A DNA stretch of 56,924 nt, taken from positions 1 through 56,924 of IMG/VR virus record IMGVR_UViG_3300045781_000081. One strand, 5' to 3'. Each line of letters begins with the position of its first letter. The first letter of the stretch is position 1. The notes below the pieces were generated by a model that saw only the letters and a list, made by a program, of their open reading frames with translations, was not told where the DNA came from and did not search any database. This stretch comes from a virus. Its lineage: Duplodnaviria; Caudoviricetes. Both the position numbers and the translations under genes were made by a program. Positions 36,335 to 44,649 of the stretch are shown here, piece by piece.

Positions 36335-36871
36335 TCACGCTCGCCCCACCCCGCCGAGTCCCGGCAGCAGGATACGCGGCTCCGCAGCCTCGTTGCACCC
36401 GGACCGGTCGATGGACATCATGAGGGTGATCACACTGCCGGCCGGCGGGATCGCGTCACCGCTCGACTTGCGGTCCTGCGCCAGCATGGCACGGAGCGCG
36501 TGCAGCAGTATGTCGTCCACCAGGTGCAAGGGGCTGCCGTAGCGGATACCGACGCGGCAATCCATCCGGTACAGGTCCATCATTTCGTCGTCCGCGTCAG
36601 GCGCGGGGTCCGGCGCGCCCACCAACGTGTAACCACCCTCGAACGGAGCAGCCGGGGAGTACGCGCTGTAGTCGCTGTCCGGGTACTCCACGAAATACCC
36701 GCCGATAGCGAGCGCGGGGTTGCGTGTTTTCCACGCCGTGTCGACGACCACGCGGCCCGCTCCGTCAAGCAAAAGCCCGGTACGTAATTCGTTGTCGCAC
36801 GGCTCAATACCCACGATCTTAGCGGCGCGGACCTTCTTGTGACACTGGTAAAGCGGTAGTAAATGTGTCAT
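36335..36871 (-). CDS. Conserved phage protein (Y.CHK.V.A.KI...GGY.V.Y..Y..YSP...FE.GY domain)
   Basis: Recognisable motif; AAGGAG RBS. Confidence 0.7.
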   Translation of the reverse strand: MTHLLPLYQCHKKVRAAKIVGIEPCDNELRTGLLLDGAGRVVVDTAWKTRNPALAIGGYFVEYPDSDYSAYSPAAPFEGGYTLVGAPDPAPDADDEMMDLYRMDCRVGIRYGSPLHLVDDILLHALRAMLAQDRKSSGDAIPPAGSVITLMMSIDRSGCNEAAEPRILLPGLGGVGRA

Positions 36872-36892
36872 GTCGTCTCCTTGTCATTCGAT

Positions 36893-37073
36893 AACTTAGG
36901 CTGGATTTACACCGGCTGTCTGCGCGATAGGCGTGTGGTTTGCGACGCCTCGTTTTACTCCTTACCCACCCCTCTTATCACACTCATTTGGAGTGGTCCC
37001 ACCCGCACCGTGTCGTGTCCTACCGGGTAAGTTCTCGCACAGCGGATTCTCCCCCACGTGGGGCCGCTAAGTC
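36893..37073 (-). ncRNA. Candidate structured ncRNA with tRNA-like closure
   Basis: Intergenic; GACTTAG/CTAAGTT closing stem, T-arm-like GCCGG-TGTAAAT-CCAGC, several internal hairpins. Confidence 0.3.
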
Positions 37074-37468
37074 TCCTGTGCAGCCGCCGCCCGGTGTCGG
37101 GCGTACAGCGCGGTTACTGTTTCGACCGGCGTGCCGGGCGGTGGTGGCGTGTCAACGGGTAGACACATATCCTGCGGCACTATGACGTACCGCTCGTTGT
37201 CGAGATGGACGCGGTAGCACAATGTGTTGTACACCATCTCCGCCATGACGACCGTGCCTGTTTGCCCACGGCTGGTGTGACCTGGGCCGATCACCACGCG
37301 GGTGCCCTCCGGTCCCTTACTCACCGAAATGTACGCCAGTTCAATAGCTCCAACGATACCCCGGAGCGCCATGCACATCGGTTCGCCGGGGTCGGCGTCG
37401 TGGTCGATCAGCCGCTCGATGTTGTCGCGTAGCTCTGTGACAAAGCGGTCCAGTCTGTCGCGGCTCAT
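37067..37468 (-). CDS. Hypothetical protein with C-terminal KOW/SH3-like domain
   Basis: G.RVVI..G...GQTGTV...YRVHLD. Confidence 0.6.
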   Translation of the reverse strand: MSRDRLDRFVTELRDNIERLIDHDADPGEPMCMALRGIVGAIELAYISVSKGPEGTRVVIGPGHTSRGQTGTVVMAEMVYNTLCYRVHLDNERYVIVPQDMCLPVDTPPPPGTPVETVTALYARHRAAAAQET

Positions 37469-38151
37469 ACAGCACACCGCTGGAGCACGGAACGTACCGC
37501 TGATGCGGTCCAGGCACCTTTACCGCCAGGCGTGAGCATCTGGTCGGCGGTGAGTTGTGCAGCGATGTCACGCAGGGACATACCCTTGTCGCGATAACGA
37601 GTGACCAGAGGACCAATCTTGCGAGCGTAGGTGTCGGCTTTGCGACGCCGGGTTTCCGACCCGGCAGTGCGCCCGGCAGCAGCCGCCGCAGTGGTGAGAT
37701 TGTTGGGCGATCCGAGCTTGACGCCGCGATCACGCAGGGAACTGAGTGCTGATTTAGTGCGCTGCGATATAAGACCACGTTCGTATTCAGCCAATGCCGC
37801 GAAAACATGAATTATGAAACTGTTGACGATGGGAAGATCGCATGCGATGAAATTCACGTTACTTTTCATCACAGCGTTGATAAATCCCACGTCGCGGCTC
37901 AATCGGTCGAGTTTTGCGACCAACAGGACCGCTCCAGTCAATTCAGCGTGCATGAGTGCCGCCGCAAGTTGCGGTCGGTCGTTGTGGGCACCTGACTCAA
38001 CCTCTACAAACTCCCGTAGGTGATCGTCGGCGGTCGCACCCTGACCTGTCAGGTACTGTTGAACGGTGGTTTGCTGCGCTTCCAGTCCGAGGCCGGATGC
38101 TCCCTGCTTGGCGGTACTGACGCGGACGTAGGAGACGTACTTTGTGGTCAC
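37465..38151 (-). CDS. Serine recombinase (resolvase-type catalytic domain plus short DNA-binding domain)
   Basis: YVRVSTAKQ, ESG...RPQL, KLDRLSR, ER..IS.RTK, G.SLR.IA..L. Confidence 0.95.
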   Translation of the reverse strand: MTTKYVSYVRVSTAKQGASGLGLEAQQTTVQQYLTGQGATADDHLREFVEVESGAHNDRPQLAAALMHAELTGAVLLVAKLDRLSRDVGFINAVMKSNVNFIACDLPIVNSFIIHVFAALAEYERGLISQRTKSALSSLRDRGVKLGSPNNLTTAAAAAGRTAGSETRRRKADTYARKIGPLVTRYRDKGMSLRDIAAQLTADQMLTPGGKGAWTASAVRSVLQRCAV

Positions 38152-38327
38152 ATTGCACCTCCGGTCGTCTCATGCCGGGTGACCGGTGACGGTGGCGCGG
38201 TGGCGTAGCGCACCCAATGTGACACCAGGGCGCTACGGTCCAGACCACTCTGTGCTGCGAGGACGGCTAGAGCATGGGCCACCTCCGGTGCTAGGAAAAG
38301 CGATATTTTCTGTTTAGGTGTCTTCAT
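38148..38327 (-). CDS. Ribbon-helix-helix regulator
   Basis: KISLFL.PEV...L..LA...G.DRS.LV; coupled to the recombinase. Confidence 0.7.
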   Translation of the reverse strand: MKTPKQKISLFLAPEVAHALAVLAAQSGLDRSALVSHWVRYATAPPSPVTRHETTGGAM

Positions 38328-38330
38328 GAC

Positions 38331-38364
38331 TGACACTTGTATTCCATCTGATACGAGTTGTCAA
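38331..38364 (-). promoter_or_regulatory. Promoter/operator for the RHH-recombinase pair
   Basis: TTGACA at 38364-38359 lies within the imperfect inverted repeat TGACA-CTTGTAT/ATACGAG-T-TGTCA. Confidence 0.5.
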
Positions 38365-38759
38365 CATTTTATTTACGTACCAGGTGCGAGGTGCTGCCGG
38401 GCACTTGCTCCATAGCGGGGCAATCATAGCGGCTATGGGACAACTCTTAAAAAATTGCCCGCGTTGCGGGATACGGGCCGCGCGAATTTCCGCAGCCAAT
38501 CGCGTTGGCCCATGCACCGGGGGGTCGGACCGGGCGCGGGGGTCCGGCCTGCCTGGCTCGGCTCGGTCCGGCTCTCCAGCTCCTGCCGTCGCGGCGCTCC
38601 TGGCCTGGTGGCGCGGCCTGCCTGGTAGGGGGTGGGGTGCCGTGTGCGAGCTGTAAACGGTCGTTTACTGTTTCCATACAGGCGGCGCGGCGGGCCTGGT
38701 AGGATCGCGGGCGGCGCTCGGCTCCTGGAGCTGGCGACCGGCGCGGCTTGGTCCGGGTC

Positions 38760-39257
38760 CTATAGGTAATCAGTCAGATCGATGGGTAGAAACTCGGCGC
38801 TAATGCTGGCGGTCAAGCTGACCTTGGGTTGCTCGCGGTCCATGACAAGTTCAACGGCTCGCATTACATCGCTTCCCTTGGGCTGCACACCTCCGGTCTT
38901 GGCTCCTGTAGTGGGGTCGGTGGTCTGACCTATTGGTTTTCCTTGGATAAATTTCTTGGTGGTCTGCGTTGCTAGTGACAGCAATTTGTCCCGTTCCAGC
39001 TCATAGCTGTTTAATTTACGCTCTAACCTGGTGCCGTGTTGCGGCGTGTATCCGAGTAGTTCAGCGGCTTGTGTCGGGCCTGCTCCTGCTTCACGTAACA
39101 AACCATAAGCGGCGTGTTTCATACTTACTTTTTTATCTTCATGTGCCGGTTTTCTCCCTCCTTTGCTCCTGTCTCTCTCTGGTGTGTTCATGCTCTGAAC
39201 GTCTATAGGATAAATTGCTATCGGTTTTACAGGGGTTTCTGTCTCAAATAATCCCAT
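38760..39257 (-). CDS. Putative terminase small subunit (HTH)
   Basis: G.GPTQAAELLGYT HTH; first gene after a late-oriented promoter; no other terS candidate found. Confidence 0.5.
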   Translation of the reverse strand: MGLFETETPVKPIAIYPIDVQSMNTPERDRSKGGRKPAHEDKKVSMKHAAYGLLREAGAGPTQAAELLGYTPQHGTRLERKLNSYELERDKLLSLATQTTKKFIQGKPIGQTTDPTTGAKTGGVQPKGSDVMRAVELVMDREQPKVSLTASISAEFLPIDLTDYL

Positions 39258-39281
39258 AATAAGCGTCCCTCCTGGCTCGTT

Positions 39282-39309
39282 ATTATCACATGAGTCTGTG
39301 AGGCGTCAA
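39282..39309 (-). promoter_or_regulatory. Sigma70-like promoter
   Basis: TTGACG-16 bp-GATAAT with extended TG. Confidence 0.55.
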
Positions 39310-39391
39310 GGGCCGTTTGCGTGGGTGCCTTGGTGTCTGCTCGGCGTGCTCCGTGGTGGCTTGGCGTGCGGTGTCGGGTGGCGTCGGGTGG

Positions 39392-39830
39392 TTACCTTTA
39401 ATACCTAGATACGTTTTGAACATTGTAGGTATAAAGTTATATTATAATTTCAATCACTTACACTATTTACCTTTAATACCTTTAAATATATAAAAGATAT
39501 GTATGTATGTTATATGGTACTGTAGCCGCTACATAGCGGCTACATAGCGGCTACATAGCGGCTATAGTGCGGTGTGCGTGGGGTAGTAATGCGATTGTTT
39601 AAAGGTATTAAAGGTATTAAAGGTAAATCGTGTAACTGTGGGGAGTTGTTACGTTTATTTTACCTTTAATACATAAGGTGATTAAAGGTATCTAGGTGAT
39701 TAAAGGTAAAAATAAAGCCGCTACGGGTCCGTGTGAGGTCGTAGCGGCTTTGTAGCGGCTTGGGTATGTTGTAGCGGCTTGGTGTGGTCTGTAGCGGCTT
39801 TGTAGCGGTTTGGTGTATGTCGTAGCGGCT
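39392..39830. repeat. Nested inverted/direct repeat field (origin or packaging site)
   Basis: TACCTTTAA repeats in both orientations around an AT-rich core; about ten TAGCGGCT motifs. Confidence 0.85.
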
Positions 39831-40494
39831 ACAGATTGATGTATGGCTGCTCCATAGCGGCTGTGAAAGTATCCGCTAGGTATTCTTTTATCTGGTTGCG
39901 GTCGCGTCCGGTGACGTGCAAGGTGTAGCCGTCCGCTAGGCTAGGTGTGATTATAACGGCGTGGTCAGTCCAGCCGTCATAAAACCCGGCGTCGTTCATG
40001 TGGTGGTAACTGGTGCGCAGTATGACGCGTTCCGGGGTGCTGGCCGGGTCAATGGTCGTTCCTGAGTCTATGCCGCTGCCGCTGGGTAGCATTTCGCGGG
40101 CTATGGCGTCAAGTTTCTCCTGGTAGCGGTCGTGCCAGTCGGCGCGGCTTGCGCAGGTGCTGCAAGTCGGCTCTCCCTCTGGTCCTTGGTCTGCGCAGTG
40201 TCGCGGGCAAGCTGCAAGGGCTGCTTGGCAATTGTTGCGGGCCTGGAGCGTGGCGGCTATGACGCGGTAAAGCGGGCGCGGCTTGGTGGCTCTGCCGGTG
40301 GCTTGGTTGGTCTGCGGTTCGTCGGCTGCGTCGGTGCCGTCGTTAAATTCGTGGTCACATTCAATGCAGGTTATCGCGGTTATCTCGTCGTGTTCTGGTT
40401 CGCTGGTGTTGTAGTGGACCGTGCCCGCGTCGTCGATCGTGCCGGTAAAAGCGCGCTCTTGGTAAACTCTTATGTTGTCGTGTTTGCATTTCAT
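39829..40494 (-). CDS. Early hypothetical protein
   Basis: LPSGSGID...YHHMND.G.YDGWT motif; AGGAGG RBS. Confidence 0.75.
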   Translation of the reverse strand: MKCKHDNIRVYQERAFTGTIDDAGTVHYNTSEPEHDEITAITCIECDHEFNDGTDAADEPQTNQATGRATKPRPLYRVIAATLQARNNCQAALAACPRHCADQGPEGEPTCSTCASRADWHDRYQEKLDAIAREMLPSGSGIDSGTTIDPASTPERVILRTSYHHMNDAGFYDGWTDHAVIITPSLADGYTLHVTGRDRNQIKEYLADTFTAAMEQPYINL

Positions 40495-40823
40495 CGGGTT
40501 GCCTCCTGGGTGGCTGCGTGTGCTCCTGCCTCGGCTGCTAATTCGCCGGGTCCGGGTTTCCTCCAAAGTCCGGCGGCTGCCGGGCCTCTCATTACTCCGT
40601 CAAGTAAAGAAACGGCTACAAAATGCGTGGTGTTGCTCCACGTGGCACGTGGGTTGCGGCGGTCAAGTTTCCATGCTTTGCTGAGTGCTCCGGGGCTGTG
40701 CGGGTCGTTGGTCAGGACCATTACAAGCCGGGCGGCTGTGAGTAGTGCAAGTTTCGCGTTGGGAAATATAAGGTTGTCGGTGTGCGCTCCACCTCTGGCG
40801 CCAAATTCTAAAACTGTTTTCAT
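40491..40823 (-). CDS. Early hypothetical protein
   Basis: ATGA coupling; AGGAG RBS. Confidence 0.7.
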   Translation of the reverse strand: MKTVLEFGARGGAHTDNLIFPNAKLALLTAARLVMVLTNDPHSPGALSKAWKLDRRNPRATWSNTTHFVAVSLLDGVMRGPAAAGLWRKPGPGELAAEAGAHAATQEATR

Positions 40824-41035
40824 GGTCTGCGCTCTCCTGTGGTCGGGTCGATATTTAAAGTTATCTGCGTATATTTCAAATCGCCAAAATGTGAGGCTTT
40901 ACAGCCTTGCGCGGCTGCCTCGGTGGTCGGTATTGATGCGCAATAATCGCAGTCGTCTTTGTAAATATCCCAATTTCCATTATGACAAACAAAATGAGGA
41001 AAATTTACCGTATTGTAGTACGGGTGCGGGTTCAT
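40820..41035 (-). CDS. Early hypothetical protein
   Basis: ATGA coupling; GGAG RBS. Confidence 0.7.
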   Translation of the reverse strand: MNPHPYYNTVNFPHFVCHNGNWDIYKDDCDYCASIPTTEAAAQGCKASHFGDLKYTQITLNIDPTTGERRP

Positions 41036-41316
41036 GGCGTCGGCTCCGTGTCGCTCTCCGTCTCCAGTGATATAAACTTATCCGCGCTTATCCATGCTTC
41101 ACCTGTGCCGTGCTCCGGGGTGACTAACAGTCGGGCGGCTCCGTAGGGTGTCGCGGTGCCCCGGACTATGACGCGGACGTGTCGCGGGTCGTGGGTCGGC
41201 TGCATGTCGCCGGGTAGTGGGTCGGTTAACAGTTTGACGGTGACGGTTTTGCCTATGAGGTCGCGCAGGTGGTGCCGTCCGGCGGTGTTCCTGGGTGTGC
41301 TTGATGATCGGCTCAT
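41032..41316 (-). CDS. Early hypothetical protein
   Basis: Coupled ORF; YG..RLLVTP..G.GEAW. Confidence 0.6.
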   Translation of the reverse strand: MSRSSSTPRNTAGRHHLRDLIGKTVTVKLLTDPLPGDMQPTHDPRHVRVIVRGTATPYGAARLLVTPEHGTGEAWISADKFISLETESDTEPTP

Positions 41317-41346
41317 GTTATCGGGTGCCGCGTGTTGTGCGGGCTT

Positions 41347-41709
41347 TTACGGGTATTCGTTAGGGTGGCGCTCTACAATGTCGGCGACGGCACAAATTGA
41401 AAGCGTGCCGGTCTTGTGGTTATAAATCACGGTCGCGGTGTAGCTGTCTCCGGTGTTGATGTAGGTTAAGCCGTGGGTGCCGTGCTGGTCGTCGTCGCGG
41501 TGGGCTGCATAATCGGTGCCGTGGGTCTGTAAAGTTTTGTCTAGTCCGCTAAAAATGTATTGCAGGCGGTTTTCTGTAATCGGTCGATCTGTGAGTTTTT
41601 CCAGCTCGGCGCGGACGCGTTGCGCAAGCTCTCCGGGATCGCCTACTTTGTCCAGCCATTGCAGGCGGGCGAGTATGGTTTTAACGGTCGGTGCGTTGCA
41701 TTGTCTCAT
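41347..41709 (-). CDS. Early hypothetical protein
   Basis: YINTGDSY..TV.Y motif; AAGGAG RBS. Confidence 0.7.
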   Translation of the reverse strand: MRQCNAPTVKTILARLQWLDKVGDPGELAQRVRAELEKLTDRPITENRLQYIFSGLDKTLQTHGTDYAAHRDDDQHGTHGLTYINTGDSYTATVIYNHKTGTLSICAVADIVERHPNEYP

Positions 41710-41996
41710 GGTCGGCGCTCCTTGTGGTCCTCGGTTATGTTTCCGGCGGCTATCCAAACAATCCGGCGCTCGTTGTCGGTGCGGTCCTGTAGCTCGTCGG
41801 CGCTCCATGCTCCTACTTCGCGCAACTCGGCTATTAAGTCCGCGTCGCTGATGCGTGCGAGCTGGCGGCGTATAGCGGGGTGTGCAGTGAGTGCTTCTAC
41901 GTCCGCGTCACATTGGCCGGGGTGGCTGGCGCTCCGTGCCTGGTCAAGCGTCATTGTGAGAGGTGGTATGTGGTTGTGATAGGATTGCATGGTCAT
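41706..41996 (-). CDS. Early hypothetical protein
   Basis: SH.GQCDADV...ELRE.GAW...R.VW.AAG.I. Confidence 0.72.
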   Translation of the reverse strand: MTMQSYHNHIPPLTMTLDQARSASHPGQCDADVEALTAHPAIRRQLARISDADLIAELREVGAWSADELQDRTDNERRIVWIAAGNITEDHKERRP

Positions 41997-42406
41997 GCCT
42001 CGCCGGGTTCAAAGTCTGCGCGGTTCGCGTCAAAGTGTTTGATTTCACCTTGCACCAAAGCGTCAAGGGTGGCTCTCTGCTCCGTGGTGAGGGTGAGGTA
42101 TGCCTTGCGACTGTTGTCTGCGGTCACATTCCATTCAGCGAGTGCGGTTAGTTGCGACAGTCCGGCGGTGCGGTTCAATCGTTTGTTGTCGGCTATCTGG
42201 ATCGCTTTAACCATTGTGCCATAACCGTAGCTGCCGTTTAAAACCCAATTGATCCGCTCGGCAAATATCGCGGGGTTCTGTATCCAGCACTCGATTAATG
42301 CGGCTCGGTTCTCTGCTTTGTCCGCTCGCGGTAGTCGTTCGGCTGCGGTCACCTGGTTGGCAAAGGCTCGCAACTCCCTGTCGTGGTACTCTTTTTGGGT
42401 GCTCAT
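41993..42406 (-). CDS. Early hypothetical protein
   Basis: AAGGAG RBS; coupling. Confidence 0.7.
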   Translation of the reverse strand: MSTQKEYHDRELRAFANQVTAAERLPRADKAENRAALIECWIQNPAIFAERINWVLNGSYGYGTMVKAIQIADNKRLNRTAGLSQLTALAEWNVTADNSRKAYLTLTTEQRATLDALVQGEIKHFDANRADFEPGEA

Positions 42407-42427
42407 GTCGTCGGCTCCTTGGTCGGG

Positions 42428-42688
42428 TTATTTGGCTTCAAAAACACATTCAAACGTTACTTTGTCAAAATACGCGGGGTCTTTCAATCCGTGTTTTACT
42501 GCCCGGCGGCGGTAAAGTTCCCATACTTCAACCTGGCGGCGGTCGTCTCCGTATCCTCTCCAAATAGTAGCGGTCCGCACTCCATAGTTTTTCATGGTGT
42601 CACCAAAAAATGACATAGTTTTGCGAGTGAAAAAATACGATTCGTGGCCGGATTGCTCTACTTGATATTTAAGCTCGCTCGGTGTCAT
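42428..42688 (-). CDS. Early hypothetical protein
   Basis: YFF.R.TM.FFGD motif; GGAGG RBS. Confidence 0.72.
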   Translation of the reverse strand: MTPSELKYQVEQSGHESYFFTRKTMSFFGDTMKNYGVRTATIWRGYGDDRRQVEVWELYRRRAVKHGLKDPAYFDKVTFECVFEAK

Positions 42689-42693
42689 GTTGT

Positions 42694-43020
42694 CTAATCC
42701 TCCGTGTTGGTGCGGCGTCGGTTGTGTTCCACCTGGGCGGTGTGTGCCTGGTCTGCGGTGTCGTGCGAGCTGCACCATACACCACAGAACCTAAGTACAG
42801 CACGTACCGTGGGCGCTCCGGTGTGCTCCCATGTGATGGTGTAACGGGCGTCGGCTGGCTGCGGGGTGGGTCTGGTCCCTGCGTGCGGCGTGCGGGGCGT
42901 GGTGGCCGTCCTGGTGCGTGTGGTGCCGTGCAGGCGGGTACGCGTCGCGGCTGCTAGTACAAGCGGCGCGGGCGGCTGCATGGCGGCAATTAATGCGGGG
43001 TGCGTGTGCTGTCTGGTCAT
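42694..43020 (-). CDS. First early gene, hypothetical
   Basis: GGAGG RBS right after the promoter; Y.I..E.TG...V.RFCG.W. Confidence 0.65.
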   Translation of the reverse strand: MTRQHTHPALIAAMQPPAPLVLAAATRTRLHGTTRTRTATTPRTPHAGTRPTPQPADARYTITWEHTGAPTVRAVLRFCGVWCSSHDTADQAHTAQVEHNRRRTNTED

Positions 43021-43060
43021 GGTGTCGGCCTCCGGGGCGGTGTTTAACTGTCGATGGCTA

Positions 43061-43089
43061 TTTATACCGCCTTATTCCCCTATAGGCAA
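43061..43089 (-). promoter_or_regulatory. Leftward early promoter
   Basis: TTGCCT-17 bp-TATAAA with AT-rich upstream sequence. Confidence 0.65.
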
Positions 43090-43142
43090 TAGGCAAAATG
43101 ATTATAAATTTTTAATGGTTGCGGGGTCCGCTCCGGGTACCT

Positions 43143-43255
43143 GGTCGGACCGGCGGCGGCTCGTCGTGCTCTCTCCTGGAGGGTCGGACCGGCGGCGGCT
43201 CGTCGTGCTCTCTCCTGGAGGGTCGGACCGGCGGCGGCTCGTCGTGCTCTCTCCT
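43143..43255. repeat. 39-bp perfect tandem repeat, 2.9 copies
   Basis: GGTCGGACCGGCGGCGGCTCGTCGTGCTCTCTCCTGGAG at 43143, 43182 and 43221. Confidence 0.95.
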
Positions 43256-43411
43256 ATAGGCCCACCCCTATGGTCCTATAGGGGCGCTAAATATTCCCGC
43301 CGCGCCGGCATCGCCGTGGTGAATCGGTCCGTAGCCGCTACAAACAGCAAATGGTTTCAGCGCGGTGGTTGAGACAGAATCGTAAATTCTGCGGGACAAT
43401 TTTTATTTTGC

Positions 43412-43441
43412 TTGACTCGTAGCGGTCGGTCGTTGTAATGT
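43412..43441 (+). promoter_or_regulatory. Rightward promoter
   Basis: TTGACT-18 bp-TAATGT, upstream of AGGAGG-ATG. Confidence 0.55.
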
Positions 43442-43477
43442 GGCGTCACACTGTAATCACATCCACCAGGAGGAATT

Positions 43478-43909
43478 ATGCAAACCCCGTCACTCGCTAC
43501 GACACCCGACAACGGAACACCTTGGGTAACCACTCTCGCCGCGATCCGCGCAAAATCACCCTGTCAGCCCGGTTGGGAAAAGTTGCTTAAAACGCTCGGC
43601 AAAACCCTCGCCGACGACGAACCGTTGTTGTTGTTGTTGTTGTTGTTGACGACAATCTTGGAAAGTAAGGGTCTGGACGACACGTTATGGGCACTTCGCA
43701 CCATCACAAACCACGACCGAGAGATTCGTTTGCTCGCCGTCCGGTATGCGCGTCGTGTGCAACATCTCATGACAGACCCGCGTAGTATCAACGCACTTGA
43801 TGTACCGGAACAATTCGCTAAAGGTGAAGTGGATGAAAACGTTCGGGAGGCGGCTGGGGAGGTGCAAAAAGCAGAACTGCTACGCATCATATCAGGTGGT
43901 GGGTACTGA
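43478..43909 (+). CDS. Conserved phage protein with poly-Leu expansion
   Basis: TTL..IR..SPC..GW.KLL..LGKT.ADDEP...GLDD.LW.LR motif. Confidence 0.8.
   Translation: MQTPSLATTPDNGTPWVTTLAAIRAKSPCQPGWEKLLKTLGKTLADDEPLLLLLLLLTTILESKGLDDTLWALRTITNHDREIRLLAVRYARRVQHLMTDPRSINALDVPEQFAKGEVDENVREAAGEVQKAELLRIISGGGY
43625..43648 (+). repeat. (TTG)8 microsatellite
   Basis: Direct read. Confidence 0.95.
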
Positions 43910-43910
43910 T

Positions 43911-44111
43911 ATGTGTGATCATAACCACTGCGTATGCAAAGACTGCGGGCGGGAGGATAGCGCGAAGTCGCTGTTCAGCTCGATACCGAGTGCAGCAAAA
44001 CAGGCGGCGCGTGTAGCGAACGCCAAGAAGCCGCGTCCAGGCGCACGGGGTCCGCGTGGTCCTCGCGTCACGGACGTTAAGAGAGGGGTGAGTCATGAAA
44101 GTAAGGACTAA
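43911..44111 (+). CDS. Small basic protein with CxxC
   Basis: CKDCG...S.AK..A...N.KKPRP. Confidence 0.55.
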   Translation: MCDHNHCVCKDCGREDSAKSLFSSIPSAAKQAARVANAKKPRPGARGPRGPRVTDVKRGVSHESKD

Positions 44112-44334
44112 GGATTTCCGTTGGAAAGATACCGAAATGGAATTGTCCGACCTGCTCACACCGACCAACGATGACGACGGTATCGCCGAGCGAGCGTATG
44201 CTTTGGCTCAGACCAACGCCGAGGTGATTGGTCGGCTCGTTGCTCATTTGGTGGAAACCGGCGCGATACTCCTGCCCGACGCGCTCACCATCTGCGGCGT
44301 GTACGGGGAAGTGGAGGAGGTGACCGGTGAGTAA
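44095..44334 (+). CDS. Hypothetical protein
   Basis: RBS; overlaps neighbours. Confidence 0.6.
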   Translation: MKVRTKDFRWKDTEMELSDLLTPTNDDDGIAERAYALAQTNAEVIGRLVAHLVETGAILLPDALTICGVYGEVEEVTGE

Positions 44335-44542
44335 TCCCAGACCTTTCAAACACCCCATAATCGGTCAGGAAGCGATTTGTGGCGATGGGTTGGGGAGGGT
44401 TGTTGCGTTCAGAGATGTATTTCCAGACCAGTGGATACAAGTGAAAACCTACGTTGACAACCGGTCATGTATGTGGTCGCCGGACAACGTGGAATTGGTA
44501 TGTATCCACCGATGCCAGTGCAAGGAGGTGACCGGTGAGTAA
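44327..44542 (+). CDS. Hypothetical protein bounded by a 20-bp direct repeat
   Basis: AGGAGG RBS; GTG start. Confidence 0.6.
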   Translation: MSNPRPFKHPIIGQEAICGDGLGRVVAFRDVFPDQWIQVKTYVDNRSCMWSPDNVELVCIHRCQCKEVTGE

Positions 44543-44649
44543 CTGGCAGTCGGAAATGGAGCAAGTGCGGTACTTACAGGTGCGAATCGTCGCCGCGTGC
44601 ATAGTAATTGCAGCGGCCTACGGGGTCGCACATGTCATGGGGGTGAGGT

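Noticed and set aside
36900-36916. Cobalamin riboswitch suggested by GGTGTAAATCC
   Set aside because: Lacks the AGGGAA and B12-box elements.
39741-39830. Guide-RNA-like array from GTAGCGGCT boxes with variable gaps
   Set aside because: Gaps are only 2-11 nt, irregular and similar to each other, and no adjacent effector was recognised; protein-binding iterons explain it better.
43143-43255. CRISPR array
   Set aside because: Repeats are contiguous with no spacers; no cas operon (the Cas4-like gene is a standard phage exonuclease).
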